Origin: Candidatus Latescibacterota bacterium
GTDB lineage: Bacteria > Latescibacterota > UBA2968 > GCA-2709665
Length of the DNA: 64,000 nucleotides
NCBI GenBank assembly: GCA_965116875.1
Contig: OZ220733.1
Span: 2,912,001 to 2,976,000, forward strand
Reading direction: 5' to 3'
The notes below the pieces were generated by a model. The model was not told where the DNA came from and made no database searches. It saw only the letters and a list, made by a program, of their open reading frames with translations. Of the stretch, positions 11,201 to 20,178 are shown piece after piece; the stretch's first letter is position 1; each line of letters opens with the position of its first letter. The translations under genes and the position numbers were made by a program.

Positions 11201-11614
11201 GTACAGATCCTCATCCTGCGCAACGCGGTTCATAAAGCCCATCAGGTTCAGGCTCACCCGCGCGTCTATGCGGCGCATACGGATATCGGCCAGAAGCAAC
11301 CGGGTCTCGTCGGCGCCGACCGAGCCCGCTTCCAGCGCCACGTTCATCGCGTCGACGTCCCGTTTGAGCTCCAGAAGCGACTTGCGGTTCCGGACTCGCA
11401 GGTCCTTGAGCATCTCCCTGAAGTCGCCCGTGGAGGACGGTGTCTCCGGCGCGGGTATTTCCGTGGAAACAGGCCGCCTTCCATCCCACTTCAGATGGAT
11501 GCTGTCCACCGTTCCCCCCATACCCTGTACCTGCACGTCCACCGTATCCCCGCGGGCCGAATTCGTGCCTGCCAATAACGCAAAGCCCAGGACGACTGAA
11601 ATCACGTGTCGCAT
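8279..11614 (-). CDS. Large secreted TPR + GWxTD-like protein (copy 3) with extra N-terminal helical domain and linker
   Basis: Start refined to ATG 11614 (MRHVISVVLGFALLAG, GGAG RBS); TPRs; IWVSRDPTPAVSPNVRLAEHYRRILYAE...FNDPGLIYIRHGRP; C-terminus shares PNP..PVYIYFELYNL with copies 1 and 2. Confidence 0.8.
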   Translation of the reverse strand: MRHVISVVLGFALLAGTNSARGDTVDVQVQGMGGTVDSIHLKWDGRRPVSTEIPAPETPSSTGDFREMLKDLRVRNRKSLLELKRDVDAMNVALEAGSVGADETRLLLADIRMRRIDARVSLNLMGFMNRVAQDEDLYGLWGDPVRLFTAAPATPNILIVNRTRGQLAADVWDADTIRVVYVPAFSGFAKEAMPDENTLEKAANVNADVSVHSAAAVALATEGLDEAQGGGISGAITVVSVSDPTGVYAPPGATADDPPARGMVVFPSTMVPRPERLLLDRAEPVAIRDMEGVHVVHLVNSDKLLERLKAAPRKRTAAFKRTTGFEAGYWAQRGVPPVPARHGPGSSGPGVVPRTAPRAALATDPRGPTAFNQGVGLLVAGRYDEARQRFEDAISEDDGYAPSYVGLGRVYMEQGAGEDAEYYLKKALKRSPGSPSALKALSDVAMRGEDWGDQKKWTGQILARDPQNPEALYRRAIAYRESGKHKGTVARWLDWRRSERHFRQLLDKAPQYRDVLYQFAVLRRYDKAFRKAIRLGESQVRIKPDELIHRRRLRRLYLYFLDNTDPKDALKWLRRHGTEYAQYFEGEALRLAGRTARADTVLRSWLASDPSLSAIPAYLSLTRIAYGSDEVETGESHYYKAVESIRDSLDAQLMYEDVKYIVTVEEMDAFSRLETPESYREFFRKIWVSRDPTPAVSPNVRLAEHYRRILYAERYYIYDGFRTWFYDPDQGDNIPYPTTVELNDRFNDPGLIYIRHGRPSDTQKFSMAEVWHYWKTDAFQKMVFNFAATPSSMGSNWRLVESLSGSGNYGRRLRWENEKLRREVQRSVETGLQTDRHTWEDDVDDLDYESYLAYFKGERGRGDVELYYGMPFNALKKDIRQLPDTAAIYEYGLALHDMQWNRYENLTGYVGKSHVERSRYKDRSFGVLRFSADPDSGHAAFFLRPSRDNLLGGWKQDLRIPEFSETTLDMSSLVPAHVIRADVEGSHGFNLRGIQAVPNPSLRFSRKDPVYIYFELYNLTPDARGTTSFDVSYGLTRLKRKGIKRLLRIFGSGEKPATTVTVERLGDSPDTRESLALDLNKAGSGEFLLKVKVRDVHAGTEREQSVELVLE

Positions 11615-11619
11615 AGCCG

Positions 11620-12093
11620 CTATCTCCACTGTTGCTCCAGTTCGGCTTCCATATCCAGGATTGACGCCTTGATCTGAGCCAGTTCCTTCCGCACCGGCGC
11701 CGTTCTTCCGTTCCCCGCCGGTGCGTTGGTTTCATACACCTCGATTCCCCAGACCGCAAGCATCAGCACCGTGGCCACCGCAACGGGCGCAAGCACCCCG
11801 CGAGGGATCCTCTCAATGAGGTCCTGGAGGCGCCATCGAACCCGTCCCGGCCGGGTCCCCAACCGTTCCGACAGACCATCCCAGAACCCGGCTGGCGCCG
11901 CCTCGTTCGCGACGGACGCCGCAAAATGGCTCCGGACCGCGTCCTCGCTTCGCTGCAGCCGCTCGAACGCAGGCGCGCAGTCCCCGCACCGCACAAGGTG
12001 TATTCGCATCGCCTCTTCTTCCGCCGGCGATAAATCGCCGTCCAGATAGCGGTGCATTCGCTTCCTTGTCATACGACATTCCAGATTCGGCAT
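11620..12093 (-). CDS. Zinc-binding (zf-HC2) transmembrane anti-sigma factor
   Basis: C..YLDGDL......HLVRCGDC (HxxxCxxC), single TM helix; directly downstream of an ECF sigma. Confidence 0.9.
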   Translation of the reverse strand: MPNLECRMTRKRMHRYLDGDLSPAEEEAMRIHLVRCGDCAPAFERLQRSEDAVRSHFAASVANEAAPAGFWDGLSERLGTRPGRVRWRLQDLIERIPRGVLAPVAVATVLMLAVWGIEVYETNAPAGNGRTAPVRKELAQIKASILDMEAELEQQWR

Positions 12094-12110
12094 GTTGCAA
12101 TCCTTTCTTA

Positions 12111-12190
12111 GAAGCTGTCTTAAAATTACCGGTGAGTTCCCGGCGCTTTTGCAGCCGCGCGAAGACCGCTGGGAATTTTAAGACAGCTTC
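12111..12190. mobile_element. 80-bp MITE-like element with 17-bp terminal inverted repeats
   Basis: GAAGCTGTCTTAAAATT ... AATTTTAAGACAGCTTC; the right half recurs at 41133-41168. Confidence 0.7.
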
Positions 12191-12199
12191 CTGTTTCGG

Positions 12200-12760
12200 T
12201 CAATCCAGCAGATCCTGCCTTTCGATCTCCCTATGCAGTTTTTCGCGCGCCCGGTGGAGCCGGGACTTGACCGTGCCTTCAGGGATGTTCAGTATTTCCG
12301 CGATCTCACCGCAGGCGAGTTCCTGCAGATAGGTCAACACCACAACCTCTTGGAGCTTTGCCGGCAAACGGTCGATGATCGCCCGCAGGCGAATTCGCGC
12401 GTCCCGTTTCGCAAACTGGGTGTCGGGCGCTTCTGTATCCGACGACGCCAGTCCACCGAACCACGCGGGCGGCGTCAGTCGCTCGAACAGACGCCGTCGC
12501 CTCCGCCTGCGCACGTTCAGGGCGGTCCGAATCGCAATGCGGTATATCCACGCCTGAAACGGGACCTTCGCTGAAAACGAACCCAGCCCCCGGTACGCGC
12601 GGACAAACGCATCCTGAGCGGCCTCTTCCGCCTCCTCCCGGCTGCCCAGAACCGCGAGCGCAACGCGGAAAACGAAGTCCTGGTGGGGTTCGATCAACCT
12701 CCGGAACGCGTCCTGATTTCCTGTGAGACATTGCTGGATCAGGAACCGTTCCTGGGGCAT
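12200..12760 (-). CDS. ECF sigma-70 factor
   Basis: Region 2 (EAEEAAQDAFVRAY...FQAWIYRIA) and region 4 (EIAEILNIPEGTVKSRLHRAR); start refined to MPQERFL after GGAG. Confidence 0.92.
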   Translation of the reverse strand: MPQERFLIQQCLTGNQDAFRRLIEPHQDFVFRVALAVLGSREEAEEAAQDAFVRAYRGLGSFSAKVPFQAWIYRIAIRTALNVRRRRRRRLFERLTPPAWFGGLASSDTEAPDTQFAKRDARIRLRAIIDRLPAKLQEVVVLTYLQELACGEIAEILNIPEGTVKSRLHRAREKLHREIERQDLLD

Positions 12761-13028
12761 TCGGGACTCCGGCGTATCGGCGCGCTGAGGAATCGGTATC
12801 GTGAGTTGATTTTGTAGTTCTACGGATAACACTTTTTTACCCGCAATCGGCAGAAGAAGCGCGATATTCCCTGTTTCACACTTTACAAGACACAGCTCGA
12901 GTGGAGCCGGTTCAGTATAAATTCGCCAGTTCGTCCGAAAAAGCAACAGTTATTGCGTGGAAACGAAACGCATTCCTGCAGATTCCGTTCACCTCGAGGC
13001 TGCCCGCCGCCCGCCGCAGAATAATCCC

Positions 13029-13057
13029 TTGACGCGTATTACCCATGTCCGTACTAT
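13029..13057 (+). promoter_or_regulatory. Sigma70-like promoter for the PhyH-HEAT gene
   Basis: TTGACG-N17-TACTAT. Confidence 0.55.
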
Positions 13058-13126
13058 TTCGTTGTTGAGGCGCAACAGAGCGAACACGCCCCGCCCCTGT
13101 TCACCAACATCTCGGAGATTTGACCC

Positions 13127-14497
13127 ATGCCGGACCCCAAATACCTTCTCGACGACCGGAAAATGCAGGAATTCATCGCCAATGGGTTCATCACGATCAA
13201 GGTGGACCTTCCGCCGGAGTTCCACGAAGAAATCTACCGGAAGACCGACGAAGTCTTCCTGAAGGAAGGCAACCCCGGCAACAACGTCCTGCCGCGCATT
13301 CCCGAAATCCAGACCGTATTCGACCAGCCGGAAGTCAACGGCGCCTTTTCGTCCATCCTCGGGCATGATCACACCATGCACGTCCACCGGCACTGCCACT
13401 TCAACAAACCCAACGGCCCGGGCGGAGGATGGCACAAAGACAGCTACTGGGGTTATTACAAGCTGCGTTATCATCGCAACCGGTGGGCGATGGCCTTCTA
13501 TTATCCCCAGGACGTGGAATTGATCAACGGACCGACGGGCGTCATTCCCCACACGCATTGCTACATGGACCGCCTCGAGGATCCGGACGACGCCGGAGTT
13601 TCCGTATGCGGAGAAGCGGGTACGATCGCAATCGTCCATTTCGACATCTGGCACAGGGCCATGCCCAACCAGGTGGACTTGAGACGGTATATGATGAAAT
13701 TCCAGTTTACCCGCATGTCCGATCCCACGCAGCCGGAGTGGAACCACACCGACGAGGCCTGGAGCAACACGGACGTGGGCGACAGGCACCCGTTTGTCTG
13801 GAACAGCATCTGGGAGTGGTCGCGCGGCTCGAACGCCAACGGACACGCCGGCAACGTGGACGCGCTCACCCGGACGCTCCGCGACGGCGACGAACATGCC
13901 CGGCTCAACGCGGCGTACGAACTGGCCGCTACCGGAGAGCCGGCTGTCGGTCCGCTTTGCCGGGCCCTTCAGGCCGAGGATGAAAACGTCAAGCTCAACG
14001 CCGCCTACGCGCTGGGCGCGGTTGGAGAACCCGCAGTATCCGAACTGGCGGCTGCGCTTGGTGATGACGATGAGAAGGTGCGCGGCCATGCCGCCTTCGC
14101 GCTGGGCGACGCGGGACCGGCGGCCGCGGAAGCGGTGTCAGCACTCGCGAATACGTTGAAGGATCCGTCTGAATGGGTACGCCACCACGCGGCCGAGGCC
14201 CTGGGCACCATCGCCGGCAATCCGGACGAGGCCGTGCCCGCATTGGCGAACGCGCTGAAGGACGATGACAGCCAGGTCCGCTACACCGCGGCCTACTCGC
14301 TGGCGCGATTCGGGGCGGACGCCGAAGGCGCCATTCCCGCGCTGGGCGAGGCACTGCAGGATGAGAATCGCTACGTCTCCGGGCATGCCGCGGTGGGGCT
14401 GCAGTATATCGGCACGCCTGAGGCGCTCAACATCCTTCTGGACCATCTCTCCACGGCGCGATGGTGTCCGATAACGACGAGGGAAGATCTGTATTAG
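13127..14497 (+). CDS. PhyH-family dioxygenase fused to HEAT/PBS repeats
   Basis: WHKD...WHR Fe(II) triad; C-terminal repeats of the VR..AA.ALG type. Confidence 0.88.
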   Translation: MPDPKYLLDDRKMQEFIANGFITIKVDLPPEFHEEIYRKTDEVFLKEGNPGNNVLPRIPEIQTVFDQPEVNGAFSSILGHDHTMHVHRHCHFNKPNGPGGGWHKDSYWGYYKLRYHRNRWAMAFYYPQDVELINGPTGVIPHTHCYMDRLEDPDDAGVSVCGEAGTIAIVHFDIWHRAMPNQVDLRRYMMKFQFTRMSDPTQPEWNHTDEAWSNTDVGDRHPFVWNSIWEWSRGSNANGHAGNVDALTRTLRDGDEHARLNAAYELAATGEPAVGPLCRALQAEDENVKLNAAYALGAVGEPAVSELAAALGDDDEKVRGHAAFALGDAGPAAAEAVSALANTLKDPSEWVRHHAAEALGTIAGNPDEAVPALANALKDDDSQVRYTAAYSLARFGADAEGAIPALGEALQDENRYVSGHAAVGLQYIGTPEALNILLDHLSTARWCPITTREDLY

Positions 14498-14555
14498 ATA
14501 TGTTCCCAATCGGGACACCATCTGCGCGTTGCGGTGCCGGGTTTCGCATGAAGCG

Positions 14556-14650
14556 GTGAGACGGTAGAAGAAACCCTTGCCCGGTATGTTTTTCCTCCTT
14601 GCCTTCGGCACGAAAAGAATTCTCACGAGGCAGGCGATCTCCTCCCTCTT
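14556..14650 (+). repeat. Heptad-flanked repeat with TGCC-NNN-GGCA hairpin core (family H), copy A
   Basis: Alignable by eye with copies at 19948, 27211, 33691, 42973, 53457 and 62573. Confidence 0.8.
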
Positions 14651-14717
14651 TCCTTTAGGAGAGAGGTCTGCGGGGTTGGGGGCAGAGGTCTCCCCGGGGT
14701 GCATACATGAGGTGTTT

Positions 14718-15851
14718 ATGCCAACAACATTGTCCAGAACGCTCATCTGTCTCGTCGTACCGATTCTCCTTGCGGCCTGCGGCGGGGAGGAAAAACCCGC
14801 GCCCCCTGCGTCGGCGCCGGCGCCTGCAGAGACCACGGACAACACCCCCCGGCAGCCCAGACCCCTGCTGTCGGACAGCACGTTCGGCGCCGACTCGAAC
14901 CCCACGGGCAATCCCATCGGCGGGGGAGACGGATACGACCAACTGGTCGAGGAATACGACTACTTCGTCACCGGCCGGGCGGAGCTTCTCGACGCGCTCA
15001 AGCAGGCGACCCAGGGCCAGGTGGTCTATCTGTCGGACACCTCCAGGGTCGATCTGACGGGCGATCAGAATATCGAGATCCGCGCCGGCGTGACGCTGGC
15101 CAGCGGGCGGGGCAAACCGGATTCAGAGGGTGGTCTGGTCTTTTCCGACGAACTCGAGACCATTCCCCTTTTTTTGGCGACGGGTCCAAACGTCCGTGTG
15201 ACGGGCCTGCGGCTTCAGGGTCCGGATACGATGAGGCGCACCGAGCAGATGAGGCAACTGTATTCGGAGGACAGGTACTACAGCATACCCAACTCGCGCG
15301 CCATCCAGACCGCGCATCCGAAGCTTGAGGTGGACAATTGCGAACTCTGGGGCTGGAGCCACGCCGCGGTTTTCCTCCGGGCCAATTCCACGGAGAACCA
15401 CATCCACCATAACTTTTTTCACCACAACCAGCGCAGCGGGCTGGGTTACGGCGTCTCTATGGACCGATCCGATGCCCTCATTGAAGCCAACCTGTTCGAC
15501 TGGTGCCGTCACCACATCGCCGGTACGGGCAGGCCCGGCACAAGCTACGAGGCCCGCTACAACCTGGTCCTGGAAAACGCCAACAGCCACAGCTTCGACA
15601 TGCACGGCGGCAGGGACCGGGACGACGGTACGGACGTCGCCGGCACCGTTATTGCCATACATCACAACACGTTTCTGGCGATTGACGTGGCGGCTGTTGT
15701 CATCCGGGGCGTTCCCGAGGAATATTGCGACATCTACAACAACTGGTTCATCCACGCTGTCCCGGGCGTCGCCGTCAAACAGACCAACGCCAAGGGCAAC
15801 GTCCGCCACTACTCAAACCAGTACACCAACGATCGGGTCGTCAAGGATTGA
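14718..15851 (+). CDS. Lipoprotein with right-handed parallel beta-helix (pectin-lyase-like), paralog 1
   Basis: Lipobox LAAC; Pro-rich linker; repeated IHHN/NLF/HHNTF strands. Confidence 0.8.
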   Translation: MPTTLSRTLICLVVPILLAACGGEEKPAPPASAPAPAETTDNTPRQPRPLLSDSTFGADSNPTGNPIGGGDGYDQLVEEYDYFVTGRAELLDALKQATQGQVVYLSDTSRVDLTGDQNIEIRAGVTLASGRGKPDSEGGLVFSDELETIPLFLATGPNVRVTGLRLQGPDTMRRTEQMRQLYSEDRYYSIPNSRAIQTAHPKLEVDNCELWGWSHAAVFLRANSTENHIHHNFFHHNQRSGLGYGVSMDRSDALIEANLFDWCRHHIAGTGRPGTSYEARYNLVLENANSHSFDMHGGRDRDDGTDVAGTVIAIHHNTFLAIDVAAVVIRGVPEEYCDIYNNWFIHAVPGVAVKQTNAKGNVRHYSNQYTNDRVVKD

Positions 15852-15929
15852 GATAAATACGATGGACGATCTGTTAAAGAATAACGCGATGGTGAGCGGA
15901 TCGATCTTCTCCACGGGATGAGGTCAGAT

Positions 15930-17057
15930 ATGACAACGTCCGTTATCAAGCTGCTTGCCTGTCTCGCGGTTCTTTTTTGTGTCGCGTCCTGCGGCGGCGA
16001 GGAAACGCCGCCTGCGCCCGAGCCGGAGCCCACCGAACCGACGGGCGGACGGGACCTGAGCGACCGCGCACTGTTATCGGACGACAAGTTCGGGGCCGAC
16101 TCGAACCCCACCGGAAATCCCATCGGCGGCGGCGAGGGATACGATCAGCTTGTCGAGGAGTACGACTACTTCGTCACCAGCCGGGCGGAGTTGCTGGATG
16201 CGCTGAAGCAGGCGACGGGGGGGCAGGTGGTCTACGTGGCGGATACCGCGAGGGTGGACCTGACCGGTGACACGGACATCGAGATCCGGGCGGGCGTCAC
16301 GCTTGCCAGCGGCCGGGGCAAGCCCGATTCCGACGGCGGCCTCATTTTTTCGGAACAGCTGGATACGGCCCCGTTGTTCGTCGCCATCGGTCCGGACGTT
16401 CGCCTTACCGGACTCAGGCTGGAGGGACCCGACTCGATGAGGCGTACCGAACAGATGACGCAACTCCTGTCGGAAGGGCGGTTCTACAGCATACCCAACT
16501 CCAGGGCCATCGAGACCTTCCAACCAAGGCTGGAAGTGGACAACTGCGAACTCTGGGGCTGGAGCCACGGCGCGATTTTCCTCCGGAGGAATTCAACGGA
16601 CAACCACATCCACCACAACTATATCCACCATAATCAGCGCCACGGCCTCGGCTACGGCGTGGTGATGGACAATTCCGAAGCGCTTATCGAAGCCAACCTG
16701 TTCGACTGGTGCAGGCACCACATCGCGGGCACGGGCAGGCCGAACACCAGCTACGAGGCCAGATACAACATGGTCCTGGAAAATGCCAACAGTCACAGCT
16801 TCGATATGCACGGCGGCAGAGACCGAGAAGACGGAACGGACATTGCCGGGAACGTCATTCTCATCCACCACAACACGTTTCTCGCCGTCGACGTGGAGGC
16901 GGTGGTCATCCGGGGCATACCGCGGGATATCTGCGAAGTCTACAACAACTGGTTTATCCACTGGCTCCCGGCTACGGCAATCAGACAGGTCTACGCCACG
17001 GGAAATATGAGAAACTACTCAAACCAGTACACGCACACCCGGGTCGTGAAGGACTGA
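15930..17057 (+). CDS. Lipoprotein with right-handed beta-helix, paralog 2 (tandem duplicate)
   Basis: Lipobox VASC; long identical stretches shared with paralog 1. Confidence 0.8.
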   Translation: MTTSVIKLLACLAVLFCVASCGGEETPPAPEPEPTEPTGGRDLSDRALLSDDKFGADSNPTGNPIGGGEGYDQLVEEYDYFVTSRAELLDALKQATGGQVVYVADTARVDLTGDTDIEIRAGVTLASGRGKPDSDGGLIFSEQLDTAPLFVAIGPDVRLTGLRLEGPDSMRRTEQMTQLLSEGRFYSIPNSRAIETFQPRLEVDNCELWGWSHGAIFLRRNSTDNHIHHNYIHHNQRHGLGYGVVMDNSEALIEANLFDWCRHHIAGTGRPNTSYEARYNMVLENANSHSFDMHGGRDREDGTDIAGNVILIHHNTFLAVDVEAVVIRGIPRDICEVYNNWFIHWLPATAIRQVYATGNMRNYSNQYTHTRVVKD

Positions 17058-17181
17058 GCAACGAACCGTTGTTCGCCCGAATTGCAGGGTAACGCGACGT
17101 TTACGGCCTGCGAACCCGAGCGATTCAGAGCCGGGAACCACGCATTCAGGTCGCGCACGATTGCATACAGGAGTCCTGAGA

Positions 17182-17634
17182 ATGTCGAAGCAGTGGAAGG
17201 TGTACCTGGCCGGCGAAATCCACAGCGACTGGCGGGACCGGATCGTAAGCGCCGCAACGAAAAGGGATCTTCCGGTTTCCTTCACGGCCCCGGTGACCGA
17301 CCACGCCGCCAGCGACAACTGCGGCGTGGACATCCTGGGCCCCGAGGAATCCTCATTCTGGAAGGACCACAAGGGCGCGAAGATCAACGCCATCCGGACA
17401 CGGACGCTCATTGGCGATGCCGACGTGGTGGTTGTGCGCTTCGGAGGCAATTACCGGCAGTGGAACGCGGCGTTCGACGCGGGCTTCGCCGCCGCCCTCG
17501 GCAAACCCATTGTCGTGATCCACGACGCGGGCATCGCCCACGCGCTCAAGGAAGTCGACTCGGCGGCGCTGGCGGTGGCGGAGACACCGGAACAGGTGGT
17601 GGACGTACTCGCTTACGCGATCCGGGAGACCTGA
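17182..17634 (+). CDS. ytoQ: YtoQ-family protein (nucleoside 2-deoxyribosyltransferase-like fold)
   Basis: VYLAGEIHSDWR...NAIRTRTLI..AD.VVVRFG..YRQWNAAFDAG signature. Confidence 0.85.
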   Translation: MSKQWKVYLAGEIHSDWRDRIVSAATKRDLPVSFTAPVTDHAASDNCGVDILGPEESSFWKDHKGAKINAIRTRTLIGDADVVVVRFGGNYRQWNAAFDAGFAAALGKPIVVIHDAGIAHALKEVDSAALAVAETPEQVVDVLAYAIRET

Positions 17635-17695
17635 ACGGCGTATTCCGAAATTGGTTTTTTCCCCGCATCCGCCGTGCCGGCGCACAAAAAACACC

Positions 17696-17724
17696 TTGAA
17701 AGATGAACAAAGATGCACTATATT
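17696..17724 (+). promoter_or_regulatory. Sigma70-like promoter upstream of parE
   Basis: TTGAAA-N17-TATATT. Confidence 0.55.
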
Positions 17725-17865
17725 ATGGTGTTGTCTTTCCCCTTTATTTCCCCACAGTTAAGTTCGTTTTCAGCTCCTTGACCCCACGTTGGGTGCGTCT
17801 TCCTCCCCTGATTGTACGGTCTTCAAGCGGGGTTGCGTTTTCCTGCGATCCCGAGAAGGTATGTT

Positions 17866-19767
17866 ATGCCTGAAACAAAATCGACACTGCGCGGTTCGGG
17901 TCAGCTTTCGCTTTCCATAAACGGGAAGCCCGCGCCTGCCCGTCGATCCTCCGCCAGGAAGAACAACGGCGAATCCCCCGAACACGGGTACGACGAGTCC
18001 AAGGTCAAAACACTCAGTTCGCTGGAACACATTCGCCTGCGCACCGGCATGTACATCGGCCGGCTTGGCGACGGTTCCAATCCGGACGATGGGATCTACG
18101 TCCTGCTGAAGGAAGTCATCGACAATGCCGTAGACGAATTCATCATGGGCTACGGAAAAAAGATCGACGTCAGTATCGAGGACAACCGGGTCCGGGTCCG
18201 TGACTACGGCCGCGGCATTCCGCTGGGCAAGGTCATCGACTGCGTTTCCATCATCAATACCGGCGCGAAATACAACGACGACGTCTTCCAGTTCAGCGTG
18301 GGCCTCAACGGCGTGGGCACCAAGGCCGTCAACGCCCTCTCTTCCGACTTCAGGGCAGTCGCGTACCGGGAAGGAGAATACTTTGAAGCCCGCTTTGAAC
18401 GCGGCCGATTGAAGAAGAAGATGAAGGGCCTGAAGCCGGGCGAACCCGACGGGTCGTTTTTCGAGTTTCTGCCCGATGTTCAGATCTTCGGCGATGACTT
18501 CGCGTTCAACTTCGATTACGTCCGCCAGCGGCTGTGGAACTACGCCTGCCTGAACAGCGGACTTTCCCTCGTCTTCAACAGGGAACGATTCGTATCCAGG
18601 AACGGTTTGCTGGATTTCCTCACCCGCGAAGTCGGCGAGACGGCCCTCTATGAGCCCTTGTATCACAAGTCCCAATACCTCGAGTTCGCGTTCAGCCACA
18701 CGGCCAGCTTTGGGGAAACGCATTTCTCTTTCGTCAACGGCCAACACACCAGCGACGGCGGGGCCCACCAGAGCGCCTTTCGCGAGGGCATCCTCAAGGG
18801 CGTGAACGAATTCTACACGAAGAATTACAACGGCATCGACGTTCGGGAGAGCATCTCCGGCGCCGTCGCCGTCAAGCTCAAGGCGCCTGTATTCGAGTCG
18901 CAGACAAAGAACAAACTGGGGAATACGGATATTCGGGGGTGGATTGTCGCGGAGGTCAAGAGCGCCGTGGTCGACCTCCTGCACAAGAACCAGACCGCGG
19001 CCCAGAGGCTGTCCGATAAAATCGCCCAGAACGAAAAGTTGAGGAAGGAACTCAACGCCGTCAAGAAAGAGGCGAAGGAAGCCGCCCGGAAAATCGCAAT
19101 CAAGATTCCGCACTTCAAAGACTGCAAATTCCACCTGGGCCACAGGAAGCATGGCGACGACTCAACCATCTTCATCACCGAAGGTCCTTCGGCGGCGGGA
19201 TCCATGGTCTCCGCGCGCGACGTCCTCACCCAGGCGATCTTCGGCCTGAAGGGTGTTCCTCTGAACGTATTCGGCAAGAATAAGGCCGCCGTGTACAAGA
19301 ACGAGGAACTCTACAACCTCATGATGGCGCTCGGTATCGAAGACGGCATCGAAAACCTGCGGTTCAATAAAATCGTCATTGCCACCGACGCCGACCACGA
19401 CGGTTACCATATCCGGTACCTGCTCCTCACGTATTTCCTGAACTATTTCGAGGAACTGGTGCTGGCCGGCCATCTCCATATCCTGGAGACACCGCTCTTC
19501 CGCATCCGGAACAGCAAGGTCACGCGCTACTGCTACAACAACCGGGAGCGCGACAGCGCCCTGGAAGAGGTCAAAAACCCCGAGATTACACGGTTTAAGG
19601 GGCTCGGGGAAATCTCGCCGAAGGAATTCGGTCAGTTCATCGGCGACGATATGCGGCTGGTCAAAGTCAATATCCGTTCCATATCCGAAATCGCCAACAC
19701 GCTCAGCTTCTACATGGGCAAGAATACCCCCGAACGCAGGGACTACATCATCGAAAATCTGGTTTGA
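17866..19767 (+). CDS. parE: Type IIA topoisomerase B subunit (topoisomerase IV ParE-like)
   Basis: GHKL ATPase (EVIDNAVDE, DYGRGIP, GLNGVGTKAVNALS); TOPRIM ITEGPSA and ATDADHDG; RFKGLGE. Confidence 0.9.
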   Translation: MPETKSTLRGSGQLSLSINGKPAPARRSSARKNNGESPEHGYDESKVKTLSSLEHIRLRTGMYIGRLGDGSNPDDGIYVLLKEVIDNAVDEFIMGYGKKIDVSIEDNRVRVRDYGRGIPLGKVIDCVSIINTGAKYNDDVFQFSVGLNGVGTKAVNALSSDFRAVAYREGEYFEARFERGRLKKKMKGLKPGEPDGSFFEFLPDVQIFGDDFAFNFDYVRQRLWNYACLNSGLSLVFNRERFVSRNGLLDFLTREVGETALYEPLYHKSQYLEFAFSHTASFGETHFSFVNGQHTSDGGAHQSAFREGILKGVNEFYTKNYNGIDVRESISGAVAVKLKAPVFESQTKNKLGNTDIRGWIVAEVKSAVVDLLHKNQTAAQRLSDKIAQNEKLRKELNAVKKEAKEAARKIAIKIPHFKDCKFHLGHRKHGDDSTIFITEGPSAAGSMVSARDVLTQAIFGLKGVPLNVFGKNKAAVYKNEELYNLMMALGIEDGIENLRFNKIVIATDADHDGYHIRYLLLTYFLNYFEELVLAGHLHILETPLFRIRNSKVTRYCYNNRERDSALEEVKNPEITRFKGLGEISPKEFGQFIGDDMRLVKVNIRSISEIANTLSFYMGKNTPERRDYIIENLV

Positions 19768-19947
19768 ATACAGGGTCGAATTAACGTCCCCTAAAGTTGA
19801 CGAACCGAGGTTAACCAGGATTCGTAATTCTCCGTGCACGTTAATTCAAATATGTGCTTGTAAATAAAGGCGATTAGACGGCGAATTATCAGGATACACC
19901 AGGTCACTGGAAGCGAACAGGAACTTTCTTCCGGGCCCCTCAGAAAC

Positions 19948-20085
19948 GGGTAGACGGGAGACGGTAGAGGGGAGAGATTTCCTGCCTAGTGGAGTTTCTT
20001 CTCCTGCCGGAGGCAAGAAGGAATAGAGTAGCGGGCAAGGGCTTCTTCTCCCGTCTTCCCTCTACACTCTACCCGCATTCAGGCT
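19948..20085 (-). repeat. Family H repeat, copy B
   Basis: TGCCGGAGGCA at 20005-20015; GAGACGG/CCGTCT heptad flanks; AGCCTGAATGCGGG end on the minus strand. Confidence 0.75.
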
Positions 20086-20178
20086 TTTTCGAACCAAGGT
20101 TAATGCAGGGGTCAGGAGAAAACCGAGGTCCCATCTTTCCCTGACCCCTGAGTTCTTACGCGGTAAAGAGGAGAAGCC

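Noticed and set aside
12989-14089. Long antisense ORFs (also 17770..19152, 28391..29617 and 32492..33760)
   Set aside because: They lie opposite well-supported genes; typical high-GC artefacts.
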